A stretch of 59,512 nucleotides of DNA, counting the filler, from Sphacelaria rigidula (lineage: Eukaryota): the NCBI GenBank assembly GCA_964200075.2. It is 8 parts of 8 records of this genome, joined end to end, with 100 filler letters (N's around TTAATTAATTAA, not from the genome) between each part and the next. Parts side by side here need not be neighbours in the genome. Positions count along the whole stretch, not along the records: positions 1 to 7,352 come from CAXNAA020015287.1; positions 7,453 to 14,804 come from CAXNAA020015288.1; 6 more parts are not named here. The stretch is one strand, 5' to 3'. The notes below the pieces were generated by a model that worked only from the letters and a program-made list of their open reading frames with translations, was not told the origin of the DNA and did not search any database. The position numbers and the translations under genes are program-made. Below, piece by piece: positions 1-11,397 of the stretch; within the stretch, counting starts at the first letter, position 1, and every line of letters begins with the position of its first letter.

Positions 1-850
1 CACCGCCAACGGCCACCTCAGCAGCCTCATCGGACGGCAGAACCCCGGTCTTACCGTGGCAGCCTCGCCCGCGCGGCCCGCGCCCAAGACAGCCACCAAG
101 CGGGAGGCGCTCCCCGACGGAGGCGCGAGCAACGCGGTAAAACGCGTCGCCCCTCACCCTACGTCGTACCCGCCCCATTGGATGCACCACACTCCACCGA
201 ACACAGACTTGAACACGACCCCGCCCCTCAGGATGTGAAAAGGTGCTTTGTTTTCGTCCGACAACCAGCTGTTAAATTCCCGCTTCTCCTGCATTTTCGC
301 CTGCCTTCTTTCTACTGGCGGGGACGGTGTTGGCCGCTCCCATGGCTTGAGTAAGTTGTCGGATCACGCCCATGTGGCGGGACAGGAGGGCTTCCATCAC
401 AGGGGAGCTGACAAGAATGGCGTCGGCGCTCGACGCCTTTAATGATGAAACTGCGTAGAACTGCATGAAGACGAGGCGGCTGTCGAAAGTCGGATAAGCA
501 CTGATTCCAACCACGACGTCAACGGGTGGCTGACGGACTACAGGGACGCCGGGCTGAATTAAATCTCCGCACGGATACACCCTCCGCCTCACCCTCCAAT
601 GGGCAGGGACCCGCAGCGCCGGTACCGGTGTTCACCCGCGTCAAGACGCTCACCGCCAACGGCCACCTCAGCAGCCTCATCGGACGGCAGAACCCCGGTC
701 TTACCGTGGCAGCCTCGCCCGCGCGGCCCGCGCCCAAGACAGCCACCAAGCGGGAGGCGCTCCCCGACGGAGGCGCGCGCAACGCGGTAAAACGCGTCGC
801 CCCTCACCCTACGTCGTACCTACCCCATTGAATGCACCTCACTCCACCAA
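1..850. repeat. Direct duplication with 650-bp offset (1-~200 nearly identical to 651-~850)
   Basis: caccgccaacggccacctcagcagcc... starts at both 1 and 651 and matches for about 200 bp. Confidence 0.9.
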
Positions 851-1735
851 ACACGAATTTCAACACGGAATTGGCATCATGCGCCGCGCCGGCGGGCGTC
901 TGCCTGCGAGCATGGCATGGCCTTGCGTGCCCACGGGGGCGCGGCTGTCACCTCCCGCACCATATCACCAAGCACGAAGCCGTCCGAGGCCCGCCCCTAC
1001 AGCCGCCAGCGGCGGTCAAGATAACACCAAAAGCCCCGGCGGCGGCGACAGCAAAAACACCAGCACACTCGGCACCGGCGGCCGCAGCGGGTACAGTGGT
1101 GCGGGTTTCCCACAACTACGGTGCGAATGGCGGAGCCGGGCGGGGGGGAAGCTGAGGGTGCAGGCTCCGCCAGTCGGCGGGGGCTACCAGTCTGGGGGGA
1201 GGAGGGGCACCGGTCACGGACTCAGCGAGGTCGGTGGGTATCGCCCGGGCCCCCCAACAGGGGTCTGGTGGCGGCAAGCTTCTTCCACGATGAGAGCACA
1301 ACTACCGACGAATGAAGCAACCCCAAAGTACGTCATAGCGGTAGATCGTGTAGTTCCATTCCGCATCGCCCACGCCCGACAAAAAAGTTGATGATCAACC
1401 CCACCAAGCTGTACCGTAAAAAGCAAATGTCGGCAGAGTACAGTAGATTGGAGGGTAGAGCTCACAAGCAAGGAAGATTTGAGAAGATAACCGCCCCGCG
1501 CAATAACATGAGACCAAACAAATACGCGAACAACTGCCCGAACGCTTACAGTAGGCGGTCGACCCCAAGGTACAACGGGTCGCACTGGCGAGCACAGGTA
1601 CGTCAGCGACAAGACCAGGTAATCTGCTCGCCCAGGACCAACACAGACAGGAGACGTGTAGAAAGAGATCCGACGAACGGCAGTTATGCACAGGTAACCC
1701 CGAACGCCGGTACACAAAACGATAACAGAAGTCAT

Positions 1736-2340
1736 GGCAGTTCCGAGGGAACCCTGGACAACGGCACGTTCATGTTGACGAGCGCAAAGCGTGTAAACTC
1801 GATAGCCAGTATCATGAGGGGAGTAAAAGAATATAGACTTGCGGATAAAGACCCGTTGTCTGGCAGTTCCATAGCGAAAACCCTGGACAACGGCACGTCC
1901 ATGTTAACGAGCGAAAAGTGTGCAAGAGTTCGAACCAACCATCATACAGATGAAGACCCGGCGCTCGGCAGTGACGCACAAACAACCCTCTGAACGTCGG
2001 TAGATCACACACTGACAGAACTCATGATCCCCGTGAAATTCGAAACATACCCACTGCAGAAGAAGACCCGCCGTTCGGCAGTTACGAGGGAAACGTGAAC
2101 AACGGCACGTCCATGTTGACGAGCGCAAAACGTGTAGACTCAATAGCCAGTATCATGAGGGGAGCAAAAGAACATGAAGGTGCAGAAGAAGACCCGTTGT
2201 CTCGCAGTGCCGAGGGAACCCTGGACAACGGCACGTCCATGTTGACGAGCGGAAAGTGTGCAAGAGTTCGAAACATCACCTTTTGCACTGAAAAAAGCCC
2301 GTTGGCCAATGGTTACACACAGGTAGCCCCAGACAACGGC
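1736..2340. repeat. Higher-order tandem repeat (about 4 units, TLDNGTSMLTS motif) inside the YR element
   Basis: accctggacaacggcacgt(t/c)catgtt(g/a)acgagcg recurs near 1751, 1880, 2095 and 2218, alternating two unit types. Confidence 0.85.
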
Positions 2341-2769
2341 TCGCATACGTTGATAAGCGAGAGGCTAGCACGGAAAAAGAACAACTTAGACGGGAGGGAG
2401 GCCATCGGTGGCAAAATTTCGGGTTCGTGATAAACTCACCTCCAGAAGGGATCACACATCACCAAAAAACAACCGTACCCACAGACCAGCCAAGCAAAAA
2501 CCTCATACCCCGTGGAAACAGCAGCAGCAAGAACCACCGAGTACACACATAGATCTCATAAGAATGAAATCATCATCACAGACTCAGCGGCCACCTGCAC
2601 GAGTCTCGTCCGACTAAACCACAGAAGAATCGGCGACGTGGCACAGGGGCGTGGCGGCACTTTGGTGTCACCGCCGATGAACCTAAGAGACGTCAGTGAG
2701 TATTTCAGAAACCAAAAACGTTGACTTGAATACGAGGACTCCTGCACATGATACGAGTACAGAGCCCTA

Positions 2770-4648
2770 ATGAACACATCGTCCCGCGACTCCTATCTAC
2801 GAGGGGCGTTAAAATACGGCAACCACCATAGTATCGATGAATATATGCTTCAATTCTGGGAGAAGTTGGGAGAGGATGTGAGAAGGAACAGATGCCTGGT
2901 GTTCGAAAAAAGGCGGCGCTTGAAATCAGCGGCCTCAGGGTGGCCCCGCTTGGAGCAGTAGTACCTAGCAAAGTCAGGATTATCAACGATTTTTCGTTTG
3001 ACCCCGGCGTACCGAAGGGAGAGAAAGGGGGCCTCAACCTGGACACGATTGTGGACAAGGTGCCGCGATGCCTGTGCGGAAAAGCACTCCCGAAACTATT
3101 GAATGAACTCTTGAAGTTACGCGTTAAGTTTCCGGATAGCATAATCCTACTGTCAAAGGCGGACGTCTCGAATGCATACAGAAATGTTAGGATTGCGCCT
3201 GGCCAGGCGCAAAACTGCTGCTACGTGGTAGACGACGTTCTAGTAGCAGACTTTCGGCTCACATTCGGATGGACGGGATCCCCCGGCTACTGGGACTCCA
3301 ATCACAGGCCTCTGAGCACGCACACTGCAATACCACAATGCTCGACGCTGTAATACTCAAAGAAGGTAGAGATAAAATGAAACACGTGACCATAGTCGAG
3401 CCCTGGGGAGAAGGAACACCTGCACCAGTTCCGCCCGACGCTGCCATTCCCCCAGCAAAAGGGGGGGGACTGCACGACCCCTTTTTCGTTAGCGTATACG
3501 TGGATGATTGTATCCTAGCAAAGGTACAGCATGGCGCGCAAGAAAAATCGGCGCTAGTCGCCTCAGCTTCACTAGCCTCAGATCATATCAGACTGTTCAC
3601 ACCTGGAGAGCCACGCGAGATACCCATTCTCGCACCCCGAAAACGTACTAACTGGGACACCAGCATAGACGCGTAGGGGTTCACGATCAAAACACATACC
3701 ATGAGGATAGCGGTCACTCGAGAAAAAGTCGAGGGTATCAAACAACTGCTCGAGCGCGACTGGCCCACGGACAGGACACGCGCAGCCGCACAAGACGTAC
3801 TTAGCATAGCTGGAAAACTCTAGAACCTCAAGTTTATTGTAAGGCCGGGAAAATATTTCGTATGGCAGCTGCTGCGCCTCACCGACCTACATGTAACCCT
3901 CCAAAACAAATGTGAAGTGAGACGGACACTGAACCTCGTATGGGAGTTTCACGAGGATATCGCTTTATGGAAATGGTGTACCGCAGGGAACCTGGTACAA
4001 TGCGGCGAATCGCTTAGCGTCCCGTTCTTTGCCCATACTAAACGCATCGCATCTTCTGGATACATCTCCGACCCAAGCCTGGCAGCGGTAGGAGGATACT
4101 GCCCAGAACTATGAGTATTCTGGTGGCACACTCTCCCACATGACCTCACATGCGAGCCGACAAGGAAAACAAAAACCAGATAGACCTGCGTGATCACGAT
4201 CAATCTACTAGAACTGTGTGGAATGTTCATGATTGCCTGCGCTATCCAGATGTTGAAGGGCGAAAGACCCACAGAGAGAGGGTAACCAATCCTGATGCGC
4301 GGCGACAACTCGTCGGCCGTACACGAGGTAAATAAATGGGAGGGCTTGAAAGACAGACGCGCCGCCCTCCTGATGAGAATGATGGGTCACATGGAAGTTG
4401 CAACCAGGTGGTGTACCACAGCAAAACACATACCCGGCGTCGGGGACAAACTAGCAGACGGCATCTCGAGATGGCCGGAGTCGGAGGTTGCCAAGAGGGT
4501 AGCATGGTCATCAGGGAACCTCAATTGGAAGCAGCAACATGTAGGAAATCAAGGCAGAGAGACGCTCGGAATGATTCTGCAGGAGAAATCCTTGGATCAC
4601 AGCCTAGACGACCAGATCTGGGACATTATGTCCAGACATAAAGACTGA
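2770..4648 (+). pseudogene. Reverse transcriptase-RNase H of the YR retrotransposon (frameshifted)
   Basis: RT motifs KVRIINDFSF, SKADVSNAYRNVRI, DFRLTFGW (ORF 2892-3353) and SVYVDDCIL (ORF 3269-3676). RNase H motifs YISDPS, INLLELCG, MRGDNSSAV and HIPGVGDKLADGISR (3917-4648). Several stops and frameshifts. Confidence 0.9.
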
Positions 4649-4699
4649 ACCCGCCTGAACTCGTGATATCATTGCAGGACAAAAAGGAGGCCCCGGTAT

Positions 4700-5740
4700 A
4701 GACGAGAGGGTGTTGCGAAGCTAGTAGAACGATTAGCCCACGCGTCGATTAGCGCGAGCACAAGAAGCGGGTACGAGAAAAAGTTCGAGACGTGGTTTGA
4801 GTGGAGGGCACGCCGAACAAAGCTCGTGTATATGTCAAGGACCCACGGCGAGGCTAGCGCGGTAATCGATAGAACTGAACTTTTTGTGTAAAGGCTTTTT
4901 ACCCACAAGGGCCACAGGGGGACACTACGGGGGTATTTGTCAGCGATACGCTATCATCACAAGATGAATACCATTTGGGACTTACCTATGAAACACTGTT
5001 TGCTGGCAGCCGTGCTCGAGGGAGTTGACCAGGCACACGGAAAATTGGAAGTTAGGCCCCGCATGCGAAATCCGCTGAAACTATCACTGTTCGTAGAAGG
5101 GAGGATGCTAGAGACGAAAACGACACAGAGCCGAGTCACATGAATAGGCCTAGCCCTTTTGTATCTTCTCCTGTGTAGGGCCTCCGAAGTCTGGGCATAC
5201 AAAGATGGTTCGGTAAATTCAGACTTTGGCTTCCATAGGGGATACCTCACCTTCAGAGGAAACTCCCAACTGAAGTGGTCAGACAGGGGCTTGGCTGATA
5301 GAGTCGACGTGCGTTTTAGAGCCTACAAGGTGGACCAAAAACGCCTAGGGGCGGTGGTAACTCGAACGAGAGGAGAGTAAAGTGTGCGGGGCGCTGACAG
5401 ATCTGAAGACACAGGGGCACTAGAGCTTCTAGTTGAGCTGCTTGACTACCACTCAGAGTTGAGGGTAGAAGCCCCGATGATGCAGACCGTAGGTAAGACC
5501 GGATGGGTAGCACTCACACGTGCACGTGTGACGAGCGCGCTTAGGCAAAAAAAAAATAGTACAGGGAGGGACCCGACACAATACGCGCTGCACTCCGGTA
5601 GGATCGAAGGGCGGCATATCTAGCGGCGGCGTCGCAACTGCAGATCCAGAGGGCAGGGAGGCGGAAACCGCTGGCCTTCATGACGTACGTGAGAGGTGGG
5701 GGGTGAAGGAGCGAAATTCGTATCCGAAGCACTCGTTGGG
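4700..5740 (+). pseudogene. Tyrosine recombinase of the YR retrotransposon (disrupted)
   Basis: YLSAIRYHHK, YLLLCRASE (catalytic R box), KVDQKRLG, YALHSGRIEG (HxxR), followed by QRAGRRK..FMTYVR (GRW...Y box). Spread over ORFs 4937-5143, 5159-5380 and 5384-5623. Confidence 0.85.
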
Positions 5741-5870
5741 GAGTCAAGTACAAACAAGGAGGAAATAAAAATTAAAGAGAAGAAAAAGAGGGGAGAGAGA
5801 GGGAATAGATGGGGCTGCCCAATGGGGTAAAAGTGACCAACCGCAAGGGCGGGCATTAAGTACAGTAGTC

Positions 5871-6358
5871 TCGGGTTAGGCTAAATCTAATGCATAAAAA
5901 AACTCAACTTATTGAAAAGTGCATTTTGTGACCCTTCTCCGTTGTTTTCCCCCCGAAAAGAGGGCTAGGCGGCTGTTGACACCTTGGGATGACTTGCTCT
6001 ACTCGCTGAGATGGTTGCAGAGCACCTTTGCGTTTCCCGTAGGTCACGGTTTCGTTTTCGGCCAAACTTGCATCTTCAATAACAAACGGTCGAGTTATCT
6101 AAAAACAGGGGGAAAACTGACATTTTTTCAGTAACTTGACCGTTTGTTATTGAAAATGCAAGTTTGGCCGAACACGAAACCGTGACCTACGGGGAACGCA
6201 AAGGTGCTCCGGAACCGTCTCAGCGAGTAGAGCAAGTCATCCCGAGGTGTCAACAGCCGCCTAGCCCTCTTTTCGGGGGAAAAACAACGGAGAAGGGCCA
6301 AAAATGCACTTTTCAACAAGTTTTGGTTCTTGATACAGAAGAAATAGTCTTAGCCCGA
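5871..6358. mobile_element. Foldback/MITE-like element, ~200-bp inverted arms
   Basis: 5906-6105 is the reverse complement of 6123-6322 with scattered mismatches. ORFs 5919-6134(+) and 6128-6319(-) give nearly the same peptide. There is an outer match tcgggttaggcta / tagtcttagcccga. Confidence 0.8.
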
Positions 6359-6843
6359 TGGTTTCAAACTGTGAGAACGCGTTTTTGTCTCCCAGTTTTG
6401 TTCCTGTCAGCTTTCCGTTTTTTCCACATTGCAAATAAGCTATAACTCTTGAGCCAAAAGCAAATGGCTGTATTCTACAAGAATACGAGGTTTGTGTTGC
6501 CCGATGACGAACTATAAGGGATGTATTATGGCGTATGCCGAACTAGACATAAAACATAGGGGTTCAGGTAGCTGAGGCGCCACTGTAGCAGTGTTGTCTG
6601 GACGAGCGAGACTGGTCTGGTGCAAGAAAGCAGACAGTATCACTCGAGACTAGACGACTCAGACAGGGACACGCCAGCAGTCTCAGTAGTACAGTAGCCC
6701 CTAGCACTTGATCGATTTTTCCCACCCACCACCCTATCGCTCAAGGAAGGAAGGCTCCAGGGTGGGGATTATATGGATGAAGTGACAGGGGAGAGGGGGG
6801 GTGGGGGTAAGAGCGACCAACCGCGAGGACGGACAAGTGTTAA

Positions 6844-7352
6844 CCCTTGGGGACCGACCCCCGATTAAAACGGGGTTGACCCCCTGTTAGTAAAATGAGG
6901 AAAAATAAGTCAGGGAGCGACCTGCCCATTCACGGCGAGGCGAAATTCATCGACCAGACCCGAACGACGATCGCGGGGACTACTGCCGAGTGTGATGTGA
7001 ATGCAAAGATCGTGTGGGGGCCCTATCCCTGACCCGGATAAGCCTCTCGGTCGCAGCTTAGTTTATGGTTTTACTTGCTTTCAGTATAGCGTTCCCGAGA
7101 TTTTCCAGGAGTTTTTGGGGTCGCCAGCCCATACTGAAATGCAGTAATTACACTAACACAGGGTGGAGTGGGAAAAACCGGGAAGGAGTGTACATGCCAC
7201 AATGTGGTCATTTCACGAGGCACTAAACCTAGGTGGGCCATGGAAACACGAAAGGAGCTACCGTCATGAATTCTGCTTATTCCTCTTGCGATGACTTGCA
7301 GTGTGCAGTGAACAAGTATGTAATGGACGGGGATGAACAAGCTGTGTATAGA
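6844..7352. mobile_element. Left part of a non-autonomous piggyBac-like element (family of 10349-11397)
   Basis: TTAA (6840-6843) followed by cccttggggaccg. About 500 bp align, diverged, with 10349-10880. Truncated by the spacer. Confidence 0.75.
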
Positions 7353-7452
7353 NNNNNNNNNNNNNNNNNNNNNNNNNNNNNNNNNNNNNNNNNNNNTTAA
7401 TTAATTAANNNNNNNNNNNNNNNNNNNNNNNNNNNNNNNNNNNNNNNNNNNN
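7353..7452. other. Artificial 100-bp N spacer with TTAATTAATTAA (also 14805-14904, 22257-22356, 29709-29808, 37160-37259, 44611-44710, 52062-52161)
   Basis: Identical N44-TTAATTAATTAA-N44 linkers (stops in all six frames) separate segments of 7352/7351 bp. Confidence 0.97.
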
Positions 7453-7522
7453 CGTGCAGACGCTAGACACGTCATTCCTGACCAGCCTCATTGGTCGTTC
7501 TGGAGGTCCGGTCCCAAAAGGG
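7453..7522. mobile_element. Right terminus of the same piggyBac-like family
   Basis: ...cgttctggaggtccggtcccaaaaggg followed by ttta, matching 11330-11397. Confidence 0.75.
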
Positions 7523-7851
7523 TTTAAACGGTTCGGAGGAATCATCGCCGGTTCGAATCATCAAATCCACGATTTTTCGGACCTGATCGCCCGAAAGAGA
7601 AGAAAAAAAAGTGGACCGGTGATCAAAAAGGTCTACACGCAATTTCTGCGCCATTCCACATGCCTGGGCTACGCATTACCTGGGTTGCAACGCTGAAAAC
7701 AAAGCCCAAGGAGTGGTTCGTACGGTAGTAATCAATTACGCTAAGCTCAAGTATTAATAGTTTCCAGGCGAATCATTGATTCGTCCGATCCTTACACATC
7801 TTTTCACGTAACGTATCGCATCGACTCTTGACGGTGAACAATATGTTGCAG

Positions 7852-7956
7852 GTTCAACAGCAGGGATGCTTACGGCGGCGAGGCGGCTGGTGCATATCGA
7901 GGCCCACCTCAAGGAAATCGGGATAAAGCTCCCAAAGGCCATCGTGCCTCCACAGG
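7852..7956 (+). CDS. Putative exon of a RidA/YjgF/UK114-family (Rid1-like) protein, N-terminal part
   Basis: ttgcag acceptor and gtgag donor. Translates STAGMLTAARRLVHIEAHLKEIGIKLPKAIVPPQG, resembling the family N-terminus IEERLKELGIELP..P.P.GNY. ATG at 7866. No further exons found. Confidence 0.55.
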
Positions 7957-8369
7957 GTGAGGAGGTTGGCCAATCGCTTTTTAGTAACAGTCTGAGTGAG
8001 TCGCGGTGAATGTCTTGGTTGGAAATCAAGTAAGGGCAGTACCCGGTAAACTATGAAGCCCATGATCTCCGCCATTTGTTTTAGGGTGCGCTCGTCAGGG
8101 AGGTTTTACGCATGCAGTGATTGCCCAGCTGTACCCTTGTTCGTCCACGAAGGGTGTACTGTATACAAATGGTCACAATGAGGTACACAAGTGGCCAAAA
8201 ACAAAATGAAAAAAGAACGGACAAGCATACCTCGCCGATCCAGACCAGCGATCACCTATAGTCACCTGTTGCAGGATAAGTGGCAGGTACAGATTTTTCT
8301 CCCCGTTGAAGTCGGGGGGAGATACTTCTCACCGGTTTTCGTGGTGTCTCTCTTCCTATTTTGTTTTTG

Positions 8370-8475
8370 GTAATATGTCTTGTAAGGAATAGCAGGGACG
8401 GTATTGGAAAGACTACCCTACGTTTGTGACCACGGGTTCGCGAGATCGGACTAAATGTGCGGAAATAATAATAAA
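8370..8475 (+). repeat. 3'-end fragment of the RTE-like LINE family with (AAT)n-type tail
   Basis: gtaaggaatagcagggacggtattggaaag...gtgaccacgggttcgcgagatcggactaaatgtgcggaaataataata. Reverse-complement relatives at ~15530-15775, 44544-44610 and 44711-44770. Confidence 0.65.
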
Positions 8476-9984
8476 ATCAGGCACACAAGAGTAGATGGAG
8501 TGGAGATTTTTTTTTTTCCTCCGAAGGAAAAGGGGGGAACCTGACCCAACACTTCCCCCGCTAACGTGTTCGTATGCCGATTCATCGGAGGCTCGGCTAC
8601 TCCGCCGTGTGGCGGTCATGTTGGGTAGGCGTCTCGAGCGTTCGGACAGGACAGCCTTGCTCGAGGCAGTGGGAAATTGAACCTAATGAACCCCCCCCTC
8701 CAACGTGGCGCAGTGCATGCGCCGTCCTATTCTTATGATCTTCTCCCCTAGATGAAGTCGAGAATGCACACTAACGGGGATTCAAGTCGTTGTTCTGTGG
8801 GAGATGTCGTTGATGAAGTCACAGTACATCTTGTGCGAAAAATCTATGGTCGGCACACATGGATTGTGCATCATCGGTGTTCGAAAAACGTACCACCTCC
8901 CTATATGTGCCAACAAATATGTGTGTGTATTCAAATACGTGGCCGCTCGCTTGCTTGCCTGCCTGTACAACCTGCAACAGCAACCCGCGAATCTTCTGGC
9001 GACTTCAATGATCCAGCATATGTCCGCCTCCTGATCCAGTGCCCGCTCTACTTTGCGCCCAATTAAATTATACCTCGATTCCCTTCGCAATACGATTCTC
9101 AGCATACCTTGCCGCGAATCATCTCAATCTCAGCCATGAACCCAAAACACGAGTCTCCTCGGCCTCATCTCAAACCCCAACCTTAACAAATTCTGACCCG
9201 GACCTTACTTACCACAGGAAGCTACATGGTCGGGTATCGCACGGGGAATTTAATGTATGTGTCTGGCCACATACCAATGACTCCCGAGGGGAAACTGCTG
9301 ACAGGAACGGTGAGCCGAAATAAAAAATTTTACTGTGTAGAACGAAAAAAATGATGAATAAATATAGAAAAAGTTAAACGAGAAGACAAACTATGAAAAA
9401 AGAAGGCGTTATGCGCAGCATCCGTATTTGTCGTGCTCCATGGTGATATGAGTATGCCAATGATGTTGTACGTACGCTCGTCGAGAGTGGCATTGCCGCA
9501 TTCTCACAATGAGAGGTCAGTTTTTAACTGTTTCAATAAAAGATGGCGATTTGATACATAGGGGCCGACGAGGGAAGGGGAGGGAAGGGGAGCAAGCGTC
9601 GGCTTATCTCGATGTAACTGCCTTCAGTAGTGCCCGTACGGCAGGCGGGGTGGTGACAAATTTCCCTTGTGGCGTGACCGTACCCCCGTAACTGCGCTGT
9701 TGGCCACAAGTAGACACGGGTACGGACACAGGTAACTGTAAGAATCAACATGTTGGGTTCCGCTCCGACATCGTTTTCTTACCCTCATGGTTGCCACGAG
9801 CGTGCGCCTTCACCTCTCGAGCTTCCCTCCGTGTCGCTAATTCCACCGCACGGATCCACAGTTTCGTTGGACCTGGAGTTCTGTTGCGTCTGGTCCCCGT
9901 TGCCCGCAGCAACACCTTCCTTGGCACTGTGACCGTCCGTAGGGTGAATGCCCCTGCGTCCGAGGGTTCATACATCGCATTACG

Positions 9985-10068
9985 TCGGGGTTAGGGTTAA
10001 TGTTACGGGTTACGATTACGAACACAGGTTACGGGTTACGGGTTACGGATTACGGATTACGGTTACGT
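9985..10068. repeat. Degenerate telomere-like (TTAGGG/TTACGG) short tandem repeat
   Basis: ggggttagggttaatgttacgggttacgattacg...ggttacgggttacgggttacggattacggattacggttacg. Confidence 0.6.
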
Positions 10069-10348
10069 TTTGATCGAGTTTGTAAGGTGATTATCATCTG
10101 TTATCTTGGCGTCTCTCTTCTTATTTTTGTTTGGAAGTATCTCGGTTATTTTTTCCTGTTCTTGTTACGAGCTGGGCCAGCTTGAAAGCGGCTAAGAGTT
10201 GCTTACACCACAGCTTTCCCAGTTTCCCAAATAAACCTGATGTGAGCATATGACTGTGAAATGCAGACCAACCTGGTAACACATGGCACCGCCGCTAGAT
10301 GAAAACACAAAATGGAGAAAAAATGTACTGCATAATATATGACCTTAA

Positions 10349-11397
10349 CCCTTTTGAGACCGACCCCCCCCTAACACAGGGTTGATCCTGTGTTGGTGAA
10401 ATAATAAAAACAAGTCTTCGAGCGACCTGCCCAATCACGGCAAGGCGAAATTTATCGACCACACCCGAACGACCAGTGCTGGGGTTGTTGGTGAGTATGA
10501 TGCCACTGTCAAGATCGTGTGGGGACTCTATCCCTGGCCCAGATAAGCCTTCGCAGGTTTCCAAGCGCAGGGCGGTCGGAACTTGGTTATATGATATGAC
10601 TTGCACTCAGTATACCGTTCCTGAGTTTTCCGGTGTTTTTTTGGGGTCTCAATTCCCTACTAAAATGTAGTAATTTACACTAACACAGGGTCGACCGGGA
10701 AAGCCGGGAAGGAGTGTACATGCTACCATGTGGTCATTTTCACCACGTCCTAAAACCAGGTGGGCTGTGGAAAGACAAAAGGATCTACTGTCATGAGTTC
10801 TGCTTATCCCTCTGGCGATGACTTGCAGGGTGCGGTGAACAACTACGTAGTGGATGGGGATCAACAAGCGGTATATAGGCCGTTGATCTCGGTAGCCGAA
10901 AGCTGCCCAGAACGTGCAAGGGTGTATGCAGCGGCAGCTGCTGCTTCAGTCGGGGAGGGGTACTACACTGTACTGTTTACTATACTCTTGTATGCATCGG
11001 CGCCGCAACGTTGATTCCCCACGAATAGAATTTGCCGCATGCAACAAGGGGGGAAATGGCGGCCAACCCCGACAACAAAGGGCTGTGTGGCAAGGTGATG
11101 GGGACAAAAGTATCATCCAAAGCCACAAGTGGCGGGCGGCCCGCCGGTCGCCGCATCTTGTTGGAAGCTAGCTCTCTACCACGACTCATACTGCTTGCTA
11201 TATCAGATGTACACCACCTAATGCGCACCCTGCACCTGAAAATAGTAAAATAGTTCGGATGAAACTTTCGGTCTTCGTCATAACCCTGCGGTTACATCCG
11301 CGGATTTTCAGCAACAGGCCACTGTTTTGTGCAGACGCCAGACACGCCATTCCTGACCAGCCTACTTGGTCGTTCTGGAGGCCCGGTCCCAAAAGGG
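10349..11397. mobile_element. Complete non-autonomous piggyBac-like DNA transposon (1049 bp)
   Basis: TTAA target duplication (10345-10348 and 11398-11401). Terminal inverted repeats cccttttgagaccg / cggtcccaaaaggg match 13 of 14. No transposase ORF. Confidence 0.85.

Larger units (their letters stand above)
1..5860 (+). mobile_element. Degenerate tyrosine-recombinase retrotransposon (DIRS/Ngaro-like), left end cut by segment start
   Basis: Domain order RT - RNase H - tyrosine recombinase on +, broken by stops and frameshifts. The upstream ~2.5 kb is GC-rich, with internal repeats and gag-like low-complexity ORFs. Element limits are approximate. Confidence 0.85.

Noticed and set aside
7397-7408. 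TTAATTAATTAA motif inside N runs
   Set aside because: Artificial six-frame stop linker, not biological.
6844-7522. A single piggyBac copy spanning the first gap
   Set aside because: The halves lie on different segments and the right flank is TTTA rather than TTAA, so continuity cannot be shown.
9985-10068. True telomere
   Set aside because: Short, degenerate and internal. Similar motifs near 57300 suggest a dispersed repeat.
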